Of a stretch of 64,000 nucleotides of DNA, positions 29,821 through 41,846 are shown in pieces. The stretch spans positions 27,899-91,898 of the forward strand of contig CAVTNQ010000003.1 of the NCBI GenBank assembly GCA_963736125.1, written 5' to 3'. Every line of letters starts with the position of its first letter. Within the stretch, counting starts at the first letter, position 1. The position numbers and the translations under genes were made by a program. Under the pieces are notes generated by a model, which searched no databases, had not been told where the DNA came from, and saw only the letters and a list, made by a program, of their open reading frames with translations. This DNA comes from Candidatus Latescibacterota bacterium. GTDB taxonomy: Bacteria; Krumholzibacteriota; Krumholzibacteriia; WVZY01; JAKEHA01.

Positions 29821-31059
29821 TTATGCAGTCGCCGACGCCGTTCCCGCCACGAACCCGCTCGACCACGCCCATTGGAAGTTGAAGCCGCCGATGCGCCCGT
29901 CGACGTCGCAGATTTCCCCGCACAAATAGAGACCGGGACACACGCGCGATTCCATCGTGTCGAGGTGCAGTTCGGAAAGTGGAACGCCCCCCGCGGTCAC
30001 TTCCGCGAAGGTGTACCCGCGCGACCCCCCGATCGGGAGTTCGAGGCTGCACACGGCAGCCGCGACGGCCCGTCGCTCGTCGCGGCGCAACGCGTCGCCG
30101 CGCGTCGACGGATCGACACCGGCGTGTTCGCACAACGCGCGCGCGAGTCGCTCCGGCAAACGCTCGCGCAGGAATCCACCGACCGACTTCGACGTGAGTC
30201 CTTGCAGCTCGCGATCTAGCGCGTCAACATCGGCGCCTGGGAGCCAATTCGCGACGAGCACGACGCGCTCGCCCGCCTCCACGGCCTGCAGGTAGTACCG
30301 ACTGATATCCAGCACGGACGGACCCGACAGACCGAAGTGTGTGAGCAATGTGGAATTCGTGAACGAGACCAGCCGCTTGCCGGTCGCGGACCGCAGTTCG
30401 ATTGTTGCGTCGAGGGTGACACCGGCGAGTGCGCACAAGAAATGATGGCGCGGGAGAGTGAGGGGAACGAGCCCGGGTGTCACGATCGGCGTGATCGAAT
30501 GACCGAGCACGCGTACCAACTGGTAGCCGAAGCCGTCGGAGCCGGACTTCGGGATGCTCTGGCCGCCGGTCGCGATGACGACGCGCGAGGTGGTTACTGC
30601 CTCCTCGCTCTCCACCGTGATTCGGAACCCGTCACGTGCTCGTTCGATCGCGACCACGCGGCGCGGGTGCAGGACTTCGACGCCGCGGTTGCGCGCTTCG
30701 ACGAGGAGTGCGTTCAAGACCGTGCGCGCGTCGTCGGTGGTCGGGAAAAGTTTGCCGGTGTCTTCGCGCTTGAGTTCGACGCCGATCTCTTCGAAGAACG
30801 CGATCGTGCGCGCGACGTCGAAGCGGCCCAGCACCTTGCGAATCGCAGGGCGCGTCGAACCGGCGAAGGCGGTTTCGTCGACGTGGTGGTGCGTCACGTT
30901 GCAGCGCCCGCCGCCGGCGATGAGGATCTTGGCACCGAGTTTGCGCGCGCCGTCGAGCACGATGACACGTCGCGACGGATTCGCGCGGCGTGCGGAAATC
31001 GCGGCCATCAAGCCGGCCGCACCCGCGCCGACTACGACGATGTCGCTCTGAGTGGGCAT
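29821..31059 (-). CDS. HI0933/YhiN-family NAD(P)/FAD-dependent oxidoreductase
   Basis: VGAGAAG, GAKILIAGGGRCNVT, ATGGQSIPKSGSDG, VTAGGV, GEICDVDGRIGGFNFQWAWSSG. Confidence 0.92.
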   Translation of the reverse strand: MPTQSDIVVVGAGAAGLMAAISARRANPSRRVIVLDGARKLGAKILIAGGGRCNVTHHHVDETAFAGSTRPAIRKVLGRFDVARTIAFFEEIGVELKREDTGKLFPTTDDARTVLNALLVEARNRGVEVLHPRRVVAIERARDGFRITVESEEAVTTSRVVIATGGQSIPKSGSDGFGYQLVRVLGHSITPIVTPGLVPLTLPRHHFLCALAGVTLDATIELRSATGKRLVSFTNSTLLTHFGLSGPSVLDISRYYLQAVEAGERVVLVANWLPGADVDALDRELQGLTSKSVGGFLRERLPERLARALCEHAGVDPSTRGDALRRDERRAVAAAVCSLELPIGGSRGYTFAEVTAGGVPLSELHLDTMESRVCPGLYLCGEICDVDGRIGGFNFQWAWSSGFVAGTASATA

Positions 31060-31073
31060 GTCGGTGGATAGTA

Positions 31074-31100
31074 CAAAAACGGCGGCACAAGTGCCGCCGT
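31074..31100 (-). terminator. Intrinsic terminator
   Basis: ACGGCGGCAC/GTGCCGCCGT stem followed by TTTT on the minus strand, downstream of the small FlgD-like gene. Confidence 0.7.
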
Positions 31101-31128
31101 CAATTGGAAGAGAAATGGAACGTGTTTG

Positions 31129-31569
31129 CTATCGGGAGATCGTGATGCGCGTCGTGCTGACGTCGTCGCCGACGATCACGTTGTAGTAGTAGACGCCGTT
31201 GGGAAGTTCGCGACCGCTGGTGTCGCGCCCGCAGAAGCCGAGCTTCTGCACGCCCGCCGGCATGTGGACGCGGGCTCCGCACACGCGCACCCCGGATTCA
31301 TCGACGACCTGAATCTCGACGTCGCAGTCGGACGGGATCTTGATTTCGATTTCGGTGCTCGGGGCGGTGAGTTCGGCGGTGGCCGGAGCGATCGCGTGGT
31401 GCAATGAGGTGGTGGTGACGGGGACGCCGTTACTCGGGGCCGCGATGTGGCTCATGTCGAGCGACGCGGCGATGCGCTGTAGCGAAAACGCTTGGCTTTC
31501 CCCCGCGAAGCAGACAGCCGCGCACGCGCATACGGTTACCATGAGCGCGGGGCGGTAGTGGATTCTCAA
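31129..31569 (-). CDS. Small secreted protein consisting largely of a FlgD-Ig/CTD-like domain
   Basis: TTG start after GGAGG, signal peptide, 'EIQVVDESGVRV...GVQKLGFCGRDTSGRELPNGVYYYNV'. Confidence 0.65.
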   Translation of the reverse strand: MRIHYRPALMVTVCACAAVCFAGESQAFSLQRIAASLDMSHIAAPSNGVPVTTTSLHHAIAPATAELTAPSTEIEIKIPSDCDVEIQVVDESGVRVCGARVHMPAGVQKLGFCGRDTSGRELPNGVYYYNVIVGDDVSTTRITISR

Positions 31570-31716
31570 GATGCGGATCCTCCGTCTCGGCACAACGTCA
31601 ACGTCGAGCTCTACACTCCAGCAGCCGATCGGGGCGAGGCCACTGGAACTCGGTGGGATGCATGAAGTTTAGCAGAGGGAGGCGCACCCGCGCAAAGGAA
31701 ACTTTGTCGTGACCGG

Positions 31717-32295
31717 TCATGGGGAGAGAATTCTTTCGGTCCACACCCCGTGCTCGAGGTGGTAATCCAGCCGCTCGTGGAGCCGGTCCTCGTGGCCGTA
31801 CCAGAACTCGATCCGGTCGGGGACCACTCGGATCCCGGTCCAATGGGCGGGCCGCGGGATCTCCTGGCCCCGATACTGGTCTTCGAGCCTAGCCAACGCA
31901 TCGAAGAGGTGGTCGCGGGAGGCGATCGGCTCACTTTGCCGGGATGCCCAGGCGCTCAACTGCTTGGCGCGGGGCCTCGAGGCGAAATAGGCGTCGGCTT
32001 CGGCCGCGGTCACCAGCTCCACGCGCCCCTCGACCCGGACCTGGGTGTGGATCGGGCCCCACCAGAAGCACAGGGCCACCCAGGCGTTGACGGCCAGCTC
32101 GCGGCCCTTGCGGCTCTCGAGGTTCGTATAAATGACGAAACCCCGTTCGGTCGCCTCCTTGAGGAGGACCATGCGGACCGACGGCCGCGCCGCGACGGTC
32201 GCGAGCGAGAGGGCGGTCGGTTCGTGGACCCCGGCTGCCGTCGCCTTCGCCATTTCGCGGTGGAACCGTTCGACCAAATCACGAAGCTCGATCAC
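31717..32295 (-). CDS. pdxH: Pyridoxine/pyridoxamine 5'-phosphate oxidase
   Basis: RMVLLK, YTNLESRKG, QVRVEG, YFASRPR, WASRQS, EFWYG...RLHER. GTG 32295 overlaps the upstream stop. Confidence 0.93.
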   Translation of the reverse strand: MIELRDLVERFHREMAKATAAGVHEPTALSLATVAARPSVRMVLLKEATERGFVIYTNLESRKGRELAVNAWVALCFWWGPIHTQVRVEGRVELVTAAEADAYFASRPRAKQLSAWASRQSEPIASRDHLFDALARLEDQYRGQEIPRPAHWTGIRVVPDRIEFWYGHEDRLHERLDYHLEHGVWTERILSP

Positions 32296-33560
32296 GATGC
32301 CCCCTCCGGTGTGCGCGCCGGCACCCGCAGCAGGAATGCCGCACCCACGATGAAGAACAGAATCAAGGCCAGCATCGACAGCCTCGGGCTGCCGGTCGCC
32401 AGGCTGACCGCCCCCATCACCCACGGTCCCAGGACCGCCGAGAAGCGGCCGATCGTATTAAAGTAGCCGAAGAATTGGGCCGACTCGTCGGCCGGGATCA
32501 GTCGCGAATAGAATGAACGGCTCAAGCTGTTGATGCCCCCTTGCGCGAGGCCGATACCGCCCGCGAGCACGAAGAACTCCCACGGGTGCTGGATTCGATA
32601 CCCCCATACACAGATCAGGATGTAGAAGACGATCGCGATCAGGATACTGCCTCGTGCGCCGATGCGCTCCGCCATTCTACCGAACGCAATCGTCGCGGGG
32701 AAGCCGATGAACTGGATCATCAAGAGGGCGATGATCAGCGTTCCGGCAGAAAAGCCGAGCGACATTCCGTAGTCGACTCCCATGCGCACGATCGTACTCA
32801 CACCGTCGATGTAGAACCAGTAGCCGACCAAGAACAAGAGCACGACGCGGTACCGCCGCAGGTGGTGGAACGTGTCGGCGAACGAGCGCAGGCCGCGCGA
32901 CGCACTGCCGCGGGGACGATGGTCGCTCGGCGCGCTCGATACTCGCTCCCGCACCACGCGCGCGATCGGAATCGAGAACAGCGCCCACCACGCCGCGACG
33001 GTCAGGAACGACCAGCGTGCGGCGGCGGTGCCGTCGGCGATGCCGAAGCGCTCCGGCATCCGGTACATCAAGATGTTGATCGCGAAGAGCAGCCCGCCGC
33101 CCAAGTAGCCGAGCGCGAAGCCGTACGACGACACGTAGTCCGACGTCTCCGGCGTCGACACGTCGAGCAAGAGCGCGTCGTAGAAGATCATCGACGCGGA
33201 GAATCCGATGACGGCGACCACGTACACGACGGCCGCCGTCGTCCATGCGCCACTGCCGACGAAGAAGAGCATCGCCGTGGCGACGATTCCGATCGCGGCA
33301 CTCGCGAGGAGGAAGGTCTTGCGCGATCCGCCCGCGTCGGCGACCGCCCCCAGCGCGGGGGCCACGAGTGCAATCGCCAAGCTCGAGAGCGAATTGGCCA
33401 CACCGAGGTGATACGAAGACTCCGACGCGTCGACGCCGGCGCTCCAATATTGCTTGAACAATATCGGGAAGAAACCCGCCATCACCGTGGTGGAGAAGGC
33501 GGAGTTCGCCCAGTCGTAGTACGCCCACGCTCGGGCCGGTCGATCGATGCGCTTGTGCAT
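32292..33560 (-). CDS. MFS transporter, UMF1/Atg22-like family
   Basis: [41 protein letters not shown]. Confidence 0.9.
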   Translation of the reverse strand: MHKRIDRPARAWAYYDWANSAFSTTVMAGFFPILFKQYWSAGVDASESSYHLGVANSLSSLAIALVAPALGAVADAGGSRKTFLLASAAIGIVATAMLFFVGSGAWTTAAVVYVVAVIGFSASMIFYDALLLDVSTPETSDYVSSYGFALGYLGGGLLFAINILMYRMPERFGIADGTAAARWSFLTVAAWWALFSIPIARVVRERVSSAPSDHRPRGSASRGLRSFADTFHHLRRYRVVLLFLVGYWFYIDGVSTIVRMGVDYGMSLGFSAGTLIIALLMIQFIGFPATIAFGRMAERIGARGSILIAIVFYILICVWGYRIQHPWEFFVLAGGIGLAQGGINSLSRSFYSRLIPADESAQFFGYFNTIGRFSAVLGPWVMGAVSLATGSPRLSMLALILFFIVGAAFLLRVPARTPEGAS

Positions 33561-33658
33561 GCAGGGACGCCTTAGAAAGGCGTTGGTTCGATCCGCGACG
33601 TTTCGATAGACTAGACCCCTCGCACGCCCAAGACAAGCGAAAGGAGTCGCGCGACATT

Positions 33659-35623
<1,965 letters not shown>

Positions 35624-35740
35624 CGCGCGCGGGTCCTATCCGCCGCCAGCCCACTGCGGGCGCGCCTACCGCGCCTCCGCACTAGTAGTCGCGCCCTTGT
35701 GGGCGCCCGTCGGCGGCCACAAGGGCGACACCACTGAACC

Positions 35741-36784
35741 ATGAAGACCGCGTTCCATATCGACGAAATCTACCGGCGTCACCGCAATCCCGATGGCCAT
35801 CCCGAGCGCGTCGCGCGTATCGAAGCGTTGCTCGAATTGGCGAAGCGCGCCGACCAACTCGGCGTCGAGGTGCTTGCGGCACGGCGACGGGCGACGAGCG
35901 ACGAGTTGTCGCTCGTGCACACTCCGGAGTATGTCGAAACCGTCGCGTCGACCGCGGGTCGTTCCCTCATGCTGGACCCCGACACCTTCACGGTCTCCGA
36001 ATCCTACGACGTGGCATGCCACGCCGCGGGCGCCGTCCTCGATCTGGTCGACCGCGTGGTCGCGCGCGAGTTCGACAACGCCTTCGCCGCCGTGCGGCCG
36101 CCGGGTCATCACGCCGAGAGCGAACGCGCGATGGGGTTCTGCCTTTTCAATAATGTGGCGGTGGCGGCGGCGTACGCGCTGAAGCGGCATGGCATGGAAC
36201 GCGTCCTCGTCGTCGACTGGGACGTGCACCACGGCAACGGCACGCAAGAGATCTTCTGGAGCGACCCGCGCGTGCTGTACGTGTCGCTGCACCAATTTCC
36301 GTTTTATCCCGGCACGGGGCGGTTCGAAGAGGTGGGCGAGGGCGACGGGCGCGGCTTCACCGTCAATATCCCGATGCCGGGCGGATTCGGCGACGCCGAA
36401 TGGACGGCCGCGTTTCGTCGCGTGGTGGAACCGATCGCACACACGTTCGACCCGCAACTCGTGCTGGTGTCGGCCGGCTTCGACGCCCACGCGAACGATC
36501 CGTTGGGCGGCATGCGTGTCACCGAAGAAGGCTTCGCGGGCATGGCGGACTCTCTCTTCGCGATTGCGCGCGACCACGCCGAGGGTCGTTTGATCGCTGC
36601 GCTCGAAGGCGGCTACGATATCGATGCGTTGTCGGCCGGCGTCGAAGCGGTGCTGGGTCGCTTCGGGCACGCCGCGGGTGGCGTCGAGGCGACAGGACCC
36701 GCGGCGGATGGCGGAGGAAGCGACCGTTTCGGCGAGCTATTTGCTCGCATTCGGTCGACCCAGGCGCCCTACTGGTCGTTGTAA
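35741..36784 (+). CDS. Zn-dependent histone-deacetylase-family (AcuC/HDAH-like) deacylase
   Basis: HPERVAR, RPPGHHA, GFCLFNN, DWDVHHGNGTQ, SAGFDAH, LEGGY. Confidence 0.93.
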   Translation: MKTAFHIDEIYRRHRNPDGHPERVARIEALLELAKRADQLGVEVLAARRRATSDELSLVHTPEYVETVASTAGRSLMLDPDTFTVSESYDVACHAAGAVLDLVDRVVAREFDNAFAAVRPPGHHAESERAMGFCLFNNVAVAAAYALKRHGMERVLVVDWDVHHGNGTQEIFWSDPRVLYVSLHQFPFYPGTGRFEEVGEGDGRGFTVNIPMPGGFGDAEWTAAFRRVVEPIAHTFDPQLVLVSAGFDAHANDPLGGMRVTEEGFAGMADSLFAIARDHAEGRLIAALEGGYDIDALSAGVEAVLGRFGHAAGGVEATGPAADGGGSDRFGELFARIRSTQAPYWSL

Positions 36785-36811
36785 CCGAACGCTCCCTCGA
36801 GAGGAGTGACG

Positions 36812-37675
36812 ATGGCCATCACGACACTCGTCTCCATCGCCCTTTCATTCTCGCAATGCGGCGCGCCGCAGGCGAAAGCGCTCCCGCCCGACCTGGCGTC
36901 CTTGGTCGACGCCGAACGGTCTTTCGCGCACGCCTCGCTCGAGACCGGCATTCGCGCCTCATTCCTCCATTATCTCGCGGACGACGCCGTCGTCTTTCGA
37001 CCCGACCCCGAGCCGGGGAGGAAGTACTACACCAAGCGCGCCGAGACCGGCGCCATTCTCCTGTGGGAACCCGAATTCGCGAGCGTGAGTTCGTCCAACG
37101 ATCTCGGCTACACGACCGGACCATGGGTCTTTCGCGCCGACAGCACGTCGGCGCCCAACGGCTTCGGGCACTATGTCGCGGTGTGGCGACGCGGTGCCGA
37201 CCGCGAGTGGGAAGTCGCCGTGGCCGCGGGCATCTCGCACGCCGCGATCGCGCGACCGCAGGGGGTCGCGACGTCGTCGGCCGGGAAGGCGCCCGACGTC
37301 GTCACGCAACCCGAAGCGCTGGCGGCGATCCAGCAGGAAGAACGCGATTTCGTCGAAGCCGCCGCGCGCGGGATCGAAGACGCCTTCGACATGTGGGGAG
37401 CCGACGACGTACGCCTGTTTCGCGACGGGGAACTGCCGACGGTGGGGCGGGACGCGGCGCGTGCGCTGCTCATGAAGCAGCCCGGAACGCGCCGCATGCA
37501 GACGACAGCCGCCGAAGCCTCGCGCGACGGTGACCTGGGTTTCACCTACGGACGTTGCGACTTGACGTACAACGAGAAAGTTTCGACGAGCTATTACCTG
37601 CGCATTTGGAAGCGAATGCCGGACGCGACGTGGAAGATCGTGTTGGACCTGGATAGTCCCGCGGGGGAGCCGTAG
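36812..37675 (+). CDS. Secreted tandem DUF4440/NTF2-like domain protein
   Basis: Two repeats with W.P....S...DLGYT.G and Y..VW(R/K)R...W motifs; N-terminal signal. Confidence 0.8.
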   Translation: MAITTLVSIALSFSQCGAPQAKALPPDLASLVDAERSFAHASLETGIRASFLHYLADDAVVFRPDPEPGRKYYTKRAETGAILLWEPEFASVSSSNDLGYTTGPWVFRADSTSAPNGFGHYVAVWRRGADREWEVAVAAGISHAAIARPQGVATSSAGKAPDVVTQPEALAAIQQEERDFVEAAARGIEDAFDMWGADDVRLFRDGELPTVGRDAARALLMKQPGTRRMQTTAAEASRDGDLGFTYGRCDLTYNEKVSTSYYLRIWKRMPDATWKIVLDLDSPAGEP

Positions 37676-37691
37676 CAGTCGGGGACGCTCG

Positions 37692-38468
37692 CTACCACAG
37701 CCGCGTCAGCACATCGATCCCGTCCACCACCAAGTCCGGCGCCACTCCACTCTCCGCTACCTGGTCCTCGCGGTACTTCCCAGTCTTCACCAATACGCCG
37801 CGAATGCCGGCCGACTGCGCGCCGGCGACGTCGTTGTAGATGTCGTCGCCGACCATGACGACGTCTTCGGCTTCGAGGCCCAAGTCGGCGAGGGCGGCGT
37901 AGTACATCGCGGGCGACGGCTTGCCGATCACGGCCGCCGCCCTGCCGGTCGCGTATTCGAGACCGGTGACGAAGGCACCGATGTCGAGCGCCAGACCGCC
38001 GTCGAGCTGCCAATAGCGGCCCTTGTGTAAGGCGACGATTTCCGCGCCCGCCATGATGTCGCGGAACAGCTCGCTCATGAGGTCGTAGTTCCAAGCACGT
38101 CCGATGTCGCCGATGACGACGGCTTGGTACGGCGTGCGGGTGGCCAGGCCGGTGAACTCGCCCCGAATCGACGGCGAAATGACCAGCTTCACGCGCTCGA
38201 TCCCGCCCGCGCGCAAGAGCGACGCGGCCGCCGCCGGGGTGGTCACGAACTCCGACGCGTCCACGTCGAACCCCATGCTGAGCATCGTCGACGCCATCTG
38301 CTCGCGCGTCTTGGTGGTGGTGTTGGTGACGAAGCGAATCGGAATGCCGCGTTTGCGGAACTTCGTGAAGGCTTCGATCGCGCCGGGAAGCGGGCGTTCC
38401 CCGACGAACCACACGCCGTCCATATCGGCGAGGAGCCCTTTGATGCTGCCGATGTCGTCGATATTCAC
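37692..38468 (-). CDS. HAD-IIA hydrolase (TIGR01458/LHPP-like)
   Basis: DMDGV, FVTNTT, GKPS, MVGDD..NDV.GA, VKTGKYR. GTG start 38468. Confidence 0.88.
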   Translation of the reverse strand: MNIDDIGSIKGLLADMDGVWFVGERPLPGAIEAFTKFRKRGIPIRFVTNTTTKTREQMASTMLSMGFDVDASEFVTTPAAAASLLRAGGIERVKLVISPSIRGEFTGLATRTPYQAVVIGDIGRAWNYDLMSELFRDIMAGAEIVALHKGRYWQLDGGLALDIGAFVTGLEYATGRAAAVIGKPSPAMYYAALADLGLEAEDVVMVGDDIYNDVAGAQSAGIRGVLVKTGKYREDQVAESGVAPDLVVDGIDVLTRLW

Positions 38469-38476
38469 GTGTCCAT

Positions 38477-39745
38477 CTACCTCCGGTTTGCCGTGATCAA
38501 GCGCGCCCCGCGCTTGCGGGTGAAGTACGCGAATCCCCATTGCACCATGACCAGGACCTTGTTGTCGAACTCGATTAGATAGCTGATGTGAACGAACAGC
38601 CACAAGAGCCAGGCTGGAAACCCGGAGAAGCGCGCGGTTCCCAGGTCGCACACGGCGGCATTGCGGCCGATGACCGCCAGCTGACCCTTGTCGCGATAAT
38701 GAAACGGTCGATCGACACGACCCAGGATGCGTCGCGCGACGTACGCGCCCTCCTGCATCGCGACCGGTGCCAGCCCAGGCAGCGGTCGGTCGTCCGGCCC
38801 GACGACGTGCGCGAGGTCGCCGATCACGTACACCTGGGGATGATCGGCGAGTGTCAGGTGCGGCGTCACGCGAATGCGCCCGCCGCGATCGCGCTCGGCG
38901 CCGAAGCGGTTCGCGACCACGTCGCCGAAGGCGGCCGTCGTAACGCCGGCGGCCCACAGGACGGTGGCCGCGGCGATACGCTCGGCGCGATCGCCGCGTC
39001 GGACGAGGACGCCGTCGCGGTCGACGTCCGTCACCAGGGCACCCGTCACCACGTCGACGCCGAGGTGCTCGAGCGATCGCGCCGCTTTCGCGGCGAGGTC
39101 GCTCGGGAAGGCGGGGAGGATTCTCTCGCCGCCTTCGAGGAGCATTACCCGGGTCGCGCGGGGGTCGAAGGCGCGGAAGTCGCGCACGAGCGTCCCGCGC
39201 GCCAGCTCGGCCACGGCACCCGCGAGTTCGACACCGGTCGGGCCGCCGCCGATCACCACGAAGGTGAGTAGCCCCGCGCGCCGAGCGGCGTCGATTTCCA
39301 ACTCGGCACGCTCGAAGGCACCCAGCACGCGGCTGCGAACCTCGAGCGCGTCTTCGACCGACTTGAGCCCCGGCGCGCGCTCCGCCCACTCGTCGTGGCC
39401 GAAGTACGACGTGCGCGAACCGCTCGCGATCACCAGTGCGTCGTAGTCGAGCGAAGCGGTGTCACGCAGGACGACGCGGCGCTCGTCGGGCAAGACGTCG
39501 ACGGCGTCGTCTTGGACCACGCGCGCGCGGCGCCCGCGCTTCAACACGGAGCGAATGGGCGACGCGATGTCGCCGGGCGACAGTCCACCGGTGGCGACTT
39601 GGTAGAGGAGCGGTTGGAAGAGGTGGAAGTTGCGTCGGTCGACGACGGTGACGCGCGTCCCCGCGGAAGCGAGCACCTTGGCCGCGTACAACCCGCCGAA
39701 TCCGCCCCCGACGATGACGACGCGAGGATCGTCGTGCGGCTTCAT
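38477..39745 (-). CDS. ndh: Type II NADH dehydrogenase (NDH-2)
   Basis: GGGFGG, FQPLLYQVATG, GGGPTGVELAG, WAAGV, GLAPVAMQEG, YRDKGQLAVIGR. Confidence 0.92.
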   Translation of the reverse strand: MKPHDDPRVVIVGGGFGGLYAAKVLASAGTRVTVVDRRNFHLFQPLLYQVATGGLSPGDIASPIRSVLKRGRRARVVQDDAVDVLPDERRVVLRDTASLDYDALVIASGSRTSYFGHDEWAERAPGLKSVEDALEVRSRVLGAFERAELEIDAARRAGLLTFVVIGGGPTGVELAGAVAELARGTLVRDFRAFDPRATRVMLLEGGERILPAFPSDLAAKAARSLEHLGVDVVTGALVTDVDRDGVLVRRGDRAERIAAATVLWAAGVTTAAFGDVVANRFGAERDRGGRIRVTPHLTLADHPQVYVIGDLAHVVGPDDRPLPGLAPVAMQEGAYVARRILGRVDRPFHYRDKGQLAVIGRNAAVCDLGTARFSGFPAWLLWLFVHISYLIEFDNKVLVMVQWGFAYFTRKRGARLITANRR

Positions 39746-39761
39746 TGCGAATACGGCGTCG

Positions 39762-40613
39762 CTAGCTGATCCCTTCGGACCAGCCGGCTTCGGCGTCGAG
39801 GGGGAGTCGCTCGGCGGCGCGCGCCCATACGTCGAGCACGAGTGCGCCGAGCAGGATGAACATGGCGAGCAGGTACATCCATGTAAGGAAGAGCGCGCCG
39901 CCCGCGAGTGCGCCGTAGACGGCGTGGCGTCGCGAAATGGCGACCGTCACCGATGCTCCCAGCTTTTGGAACACGGCCCACACAGCCGCCACCGCCAAGG
40001 CGACGATCACCGCGCGCAGCGCCCGCGGTCGTCGGGCCGGAATCGACATGTAGAGAATCAAGAGGAACACCGCGAACGACCCCATCGAGAACGCGCGCCG
40101 CGGGACGCTGACCCACGACGTGAGCTCCGAGAGCCCCGGCGCCGAGAGCAGAAGCTGGAATACGTAGTCGCCGACCGCGGCGACCGAGAAAAACAACATC
40201 GCACCCATCACGTAGGCGAGGGTCAGCAGGCGGCGCTTGAGGAAGCCGACCTTGCGACGCGAGCCCATCGCACCGTTGATGCTCCATTCGAGCGATTCGA
40301 ACAGCCCGGCTGCCACGAAGAACAGGGAGATCAAGCCGAGGATCCCGAAGCCCTGCCAACTCTGGACGAGATCGGCGATATGCCCGAGTACCGCTTCGCC
40401 GGCCCCGGGCGGGAGAAGCCCGAGCAGCGTGTCGTAGAGGTTGCTGTTGGTGACGGGCTGGTTGCGGAACACCCAGCCCGCGACGGCGGTGGTGATGAAC
40501 AGAAACGGGATCAGTCCGAGGAGCAAATGAAAGGCGAGCCCGGCCGCCATCAGCGGCACCAAACGCTGACCGAACAGCACGCGAACCTCGTGCAGGACTC
40601 GGCCGACCGTCAA
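39762..40613 (-). CDS. YihY/BrkB-family membrane protein (start uncertain)
   Basis: AAGLAFHLLLGLIPFL, six TM segments, YGALAG...WMY. The start must lie downstream of the nrdB terminator. Confidence 0.75.
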   Translation of the reverse strand: MTVGRVLHEVRVLFGQRLVPLMAAGLAFHLLLGLIPFLFITTAVAGWVFRNQPVTNSNLYDTLLGLLPPGAGEAVLGHIADLVQSWQGFGILGLISLFFVAAGLFESLEWSINGAMGSRRKVGFLKRRLLTLAYVMGAMLFFSVAAVGDYVFQLLLSAPGLSELTSWVSVPRRAFSMGSFAVFLLILYMSIPARRPRALRAVIVALAVAAVWAVFQKLGASVTVAISRRHAVYGALAGGALFLTWMYLLAMFILLGALVLDVWARAAERLPLDAEAGWSEGIS

Positions 40614-40721
40614 AAAAGCGTGGAGCAGGGTGACACCTCGAAAGATTCCGCGAAGTATATCGCGAGGCCGCGCGTCGCCAAAGCAGAATGTGAGTACGAA
40701 TTCGGCGCCGGTATGCCCCAC

Positions 40722-40756
40722 AAAGCAAAACGCCCCGCCGGGCGAGGGCGGGGCGT
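40722..40756 (-). terminator. Intrinsic terminator of nrdAB
   Basis: ACGCCCCGCC/GGCGGGGCGT stem then TTTGCTTT on the minus strand, 30 nt after the nrdB stop. Confidence 0.75.
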
Positions 40757-40784
40757 CGACCACGCGGCGGTTACGCCGATGGGC

Positions 40785-41801
40785 CTACTCCTCCCAGCTC
40801 AAGACGCCGCCCGTCTTGTACTCCGTGACGCGCGTCTCGAAGAAGTTCTTTTCCTTCTTCAGGTCGATGACCTCGCTCATCCACGGGAACGGGTTGGCGA
40901 CGTTGTAGAGCTTCGGGAGGTTGATCCGTTCCAGCCGGCGATCCGCCACGTACTTGACGTACTGGTGGATGGCGTCGGAGTTGAGCCCCAGGATGCCCTT
41001 GGGCAGGCAGTCGCGCGCGTAGGCGTGCTCGAGTTCGACCGCGCGCTTGATGTTGGCGACCAACGTCGCCTTGAAGTCCTCGGTCCAGATCTCCTGATTC
41101 TCGAGCACGATATTGTTGATGAGGTCGCAGCCGAAGGCGAGGTGGACGGACTCGTCTCTCAAGATGAACTGGAATTGCTCGCCGACACCGACCATCTTGT
41201 TCTGGCGCAGGAACGACAGCATCATGACGAAGCCCGCGTAGAAGAAGATGCCTTCCATGATGACGTAGAAGCCCACCAGGTCGTGCACGAACTTCTGGAT
41301 GTTGTCGCGCCCCTCGGTTCTGAAGTTGGGGTCGAGAATCGACTTGGTGATGTCGATCACGAAGTCGTCCTTGGCCTTGATACTCGGGATGCTCATGTAC
41401 ATGCTGTACACCTCGTCGGGGTCCAAGCCCAGCGTGTCGCAGCAATAAATGAACGTGTCGGTGTGGATCGCCTCTTCGAAGGCCTGGCGCAACAGGTACT
41501 GCCGGCACTCCGGATTGGTGATGTGGCGGTACACCGTGAGCACGATGTTGTTGGCGGTCAGGCTCTCGGCGGTCGAGAAGAAGCCCATGTTCCACAGGAC
41601 GAGGCGACGTTCGTGCGACGAGAGCGCATCCGGGCTGCGCCACATCTCGACGTCCTTCTGCATGTTCACTTCTTCGGGCGTCCAGTTGTTGGCAACCCCG
41701 TCTTTGTAATGCTTCCGCGCCCAGTTGTACTTCATGGGCAGGATCTTGTTGGGATCCGTGGCGGAGCAATTCAGGAGAAGTTTTTCGGCCGGTCGTTCCA
41801 T
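40785..41801 (-). CDS. nrdB: Ribonucleotide reductase small subunit, class Ic-type (R2c) signature
   Basis: GFFSTAESL, EEAIHTDTF (Phe at the radical Tyr position), EGIFFYAGF, DESVH, C-terminal NFFETRVTEY. Confidence 0.93.
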   Translation of the reverse strand: MERPAEKLLLNCSATDPNKILPMKYNWARKHYKDGVANNWTPEEVNMQKDVEMWRSPDALSSHERRLVLWNMGFFSTAESLTANNIVLTVYRHITNPECRQYLLRQAFEEAIHTDTFIYCCDTLGLDPDEVYSMYMSIPSIKAKDDFVIDITKSILDPNFRTEGRDNIQKFVHDLVGFYVIMEGIFFYAGFVMMLSFLRQNKMVGVGEQFQFILRDESVHLAFGCDLINNIVLENQEIWTEDFKATLVANIKRAVELEHAYARDCLPKGILGLNSDAIHQYVKYVADRRLERINLPKLYNVANPFPWMSEVIDLKKEKNFFETRVTEYKTGGVLSWEE

Positions 41802-41846
41802 GATTCTGATGTCTCCTTGATGCGGCTGTTCTAGCTCACGCCTCGA

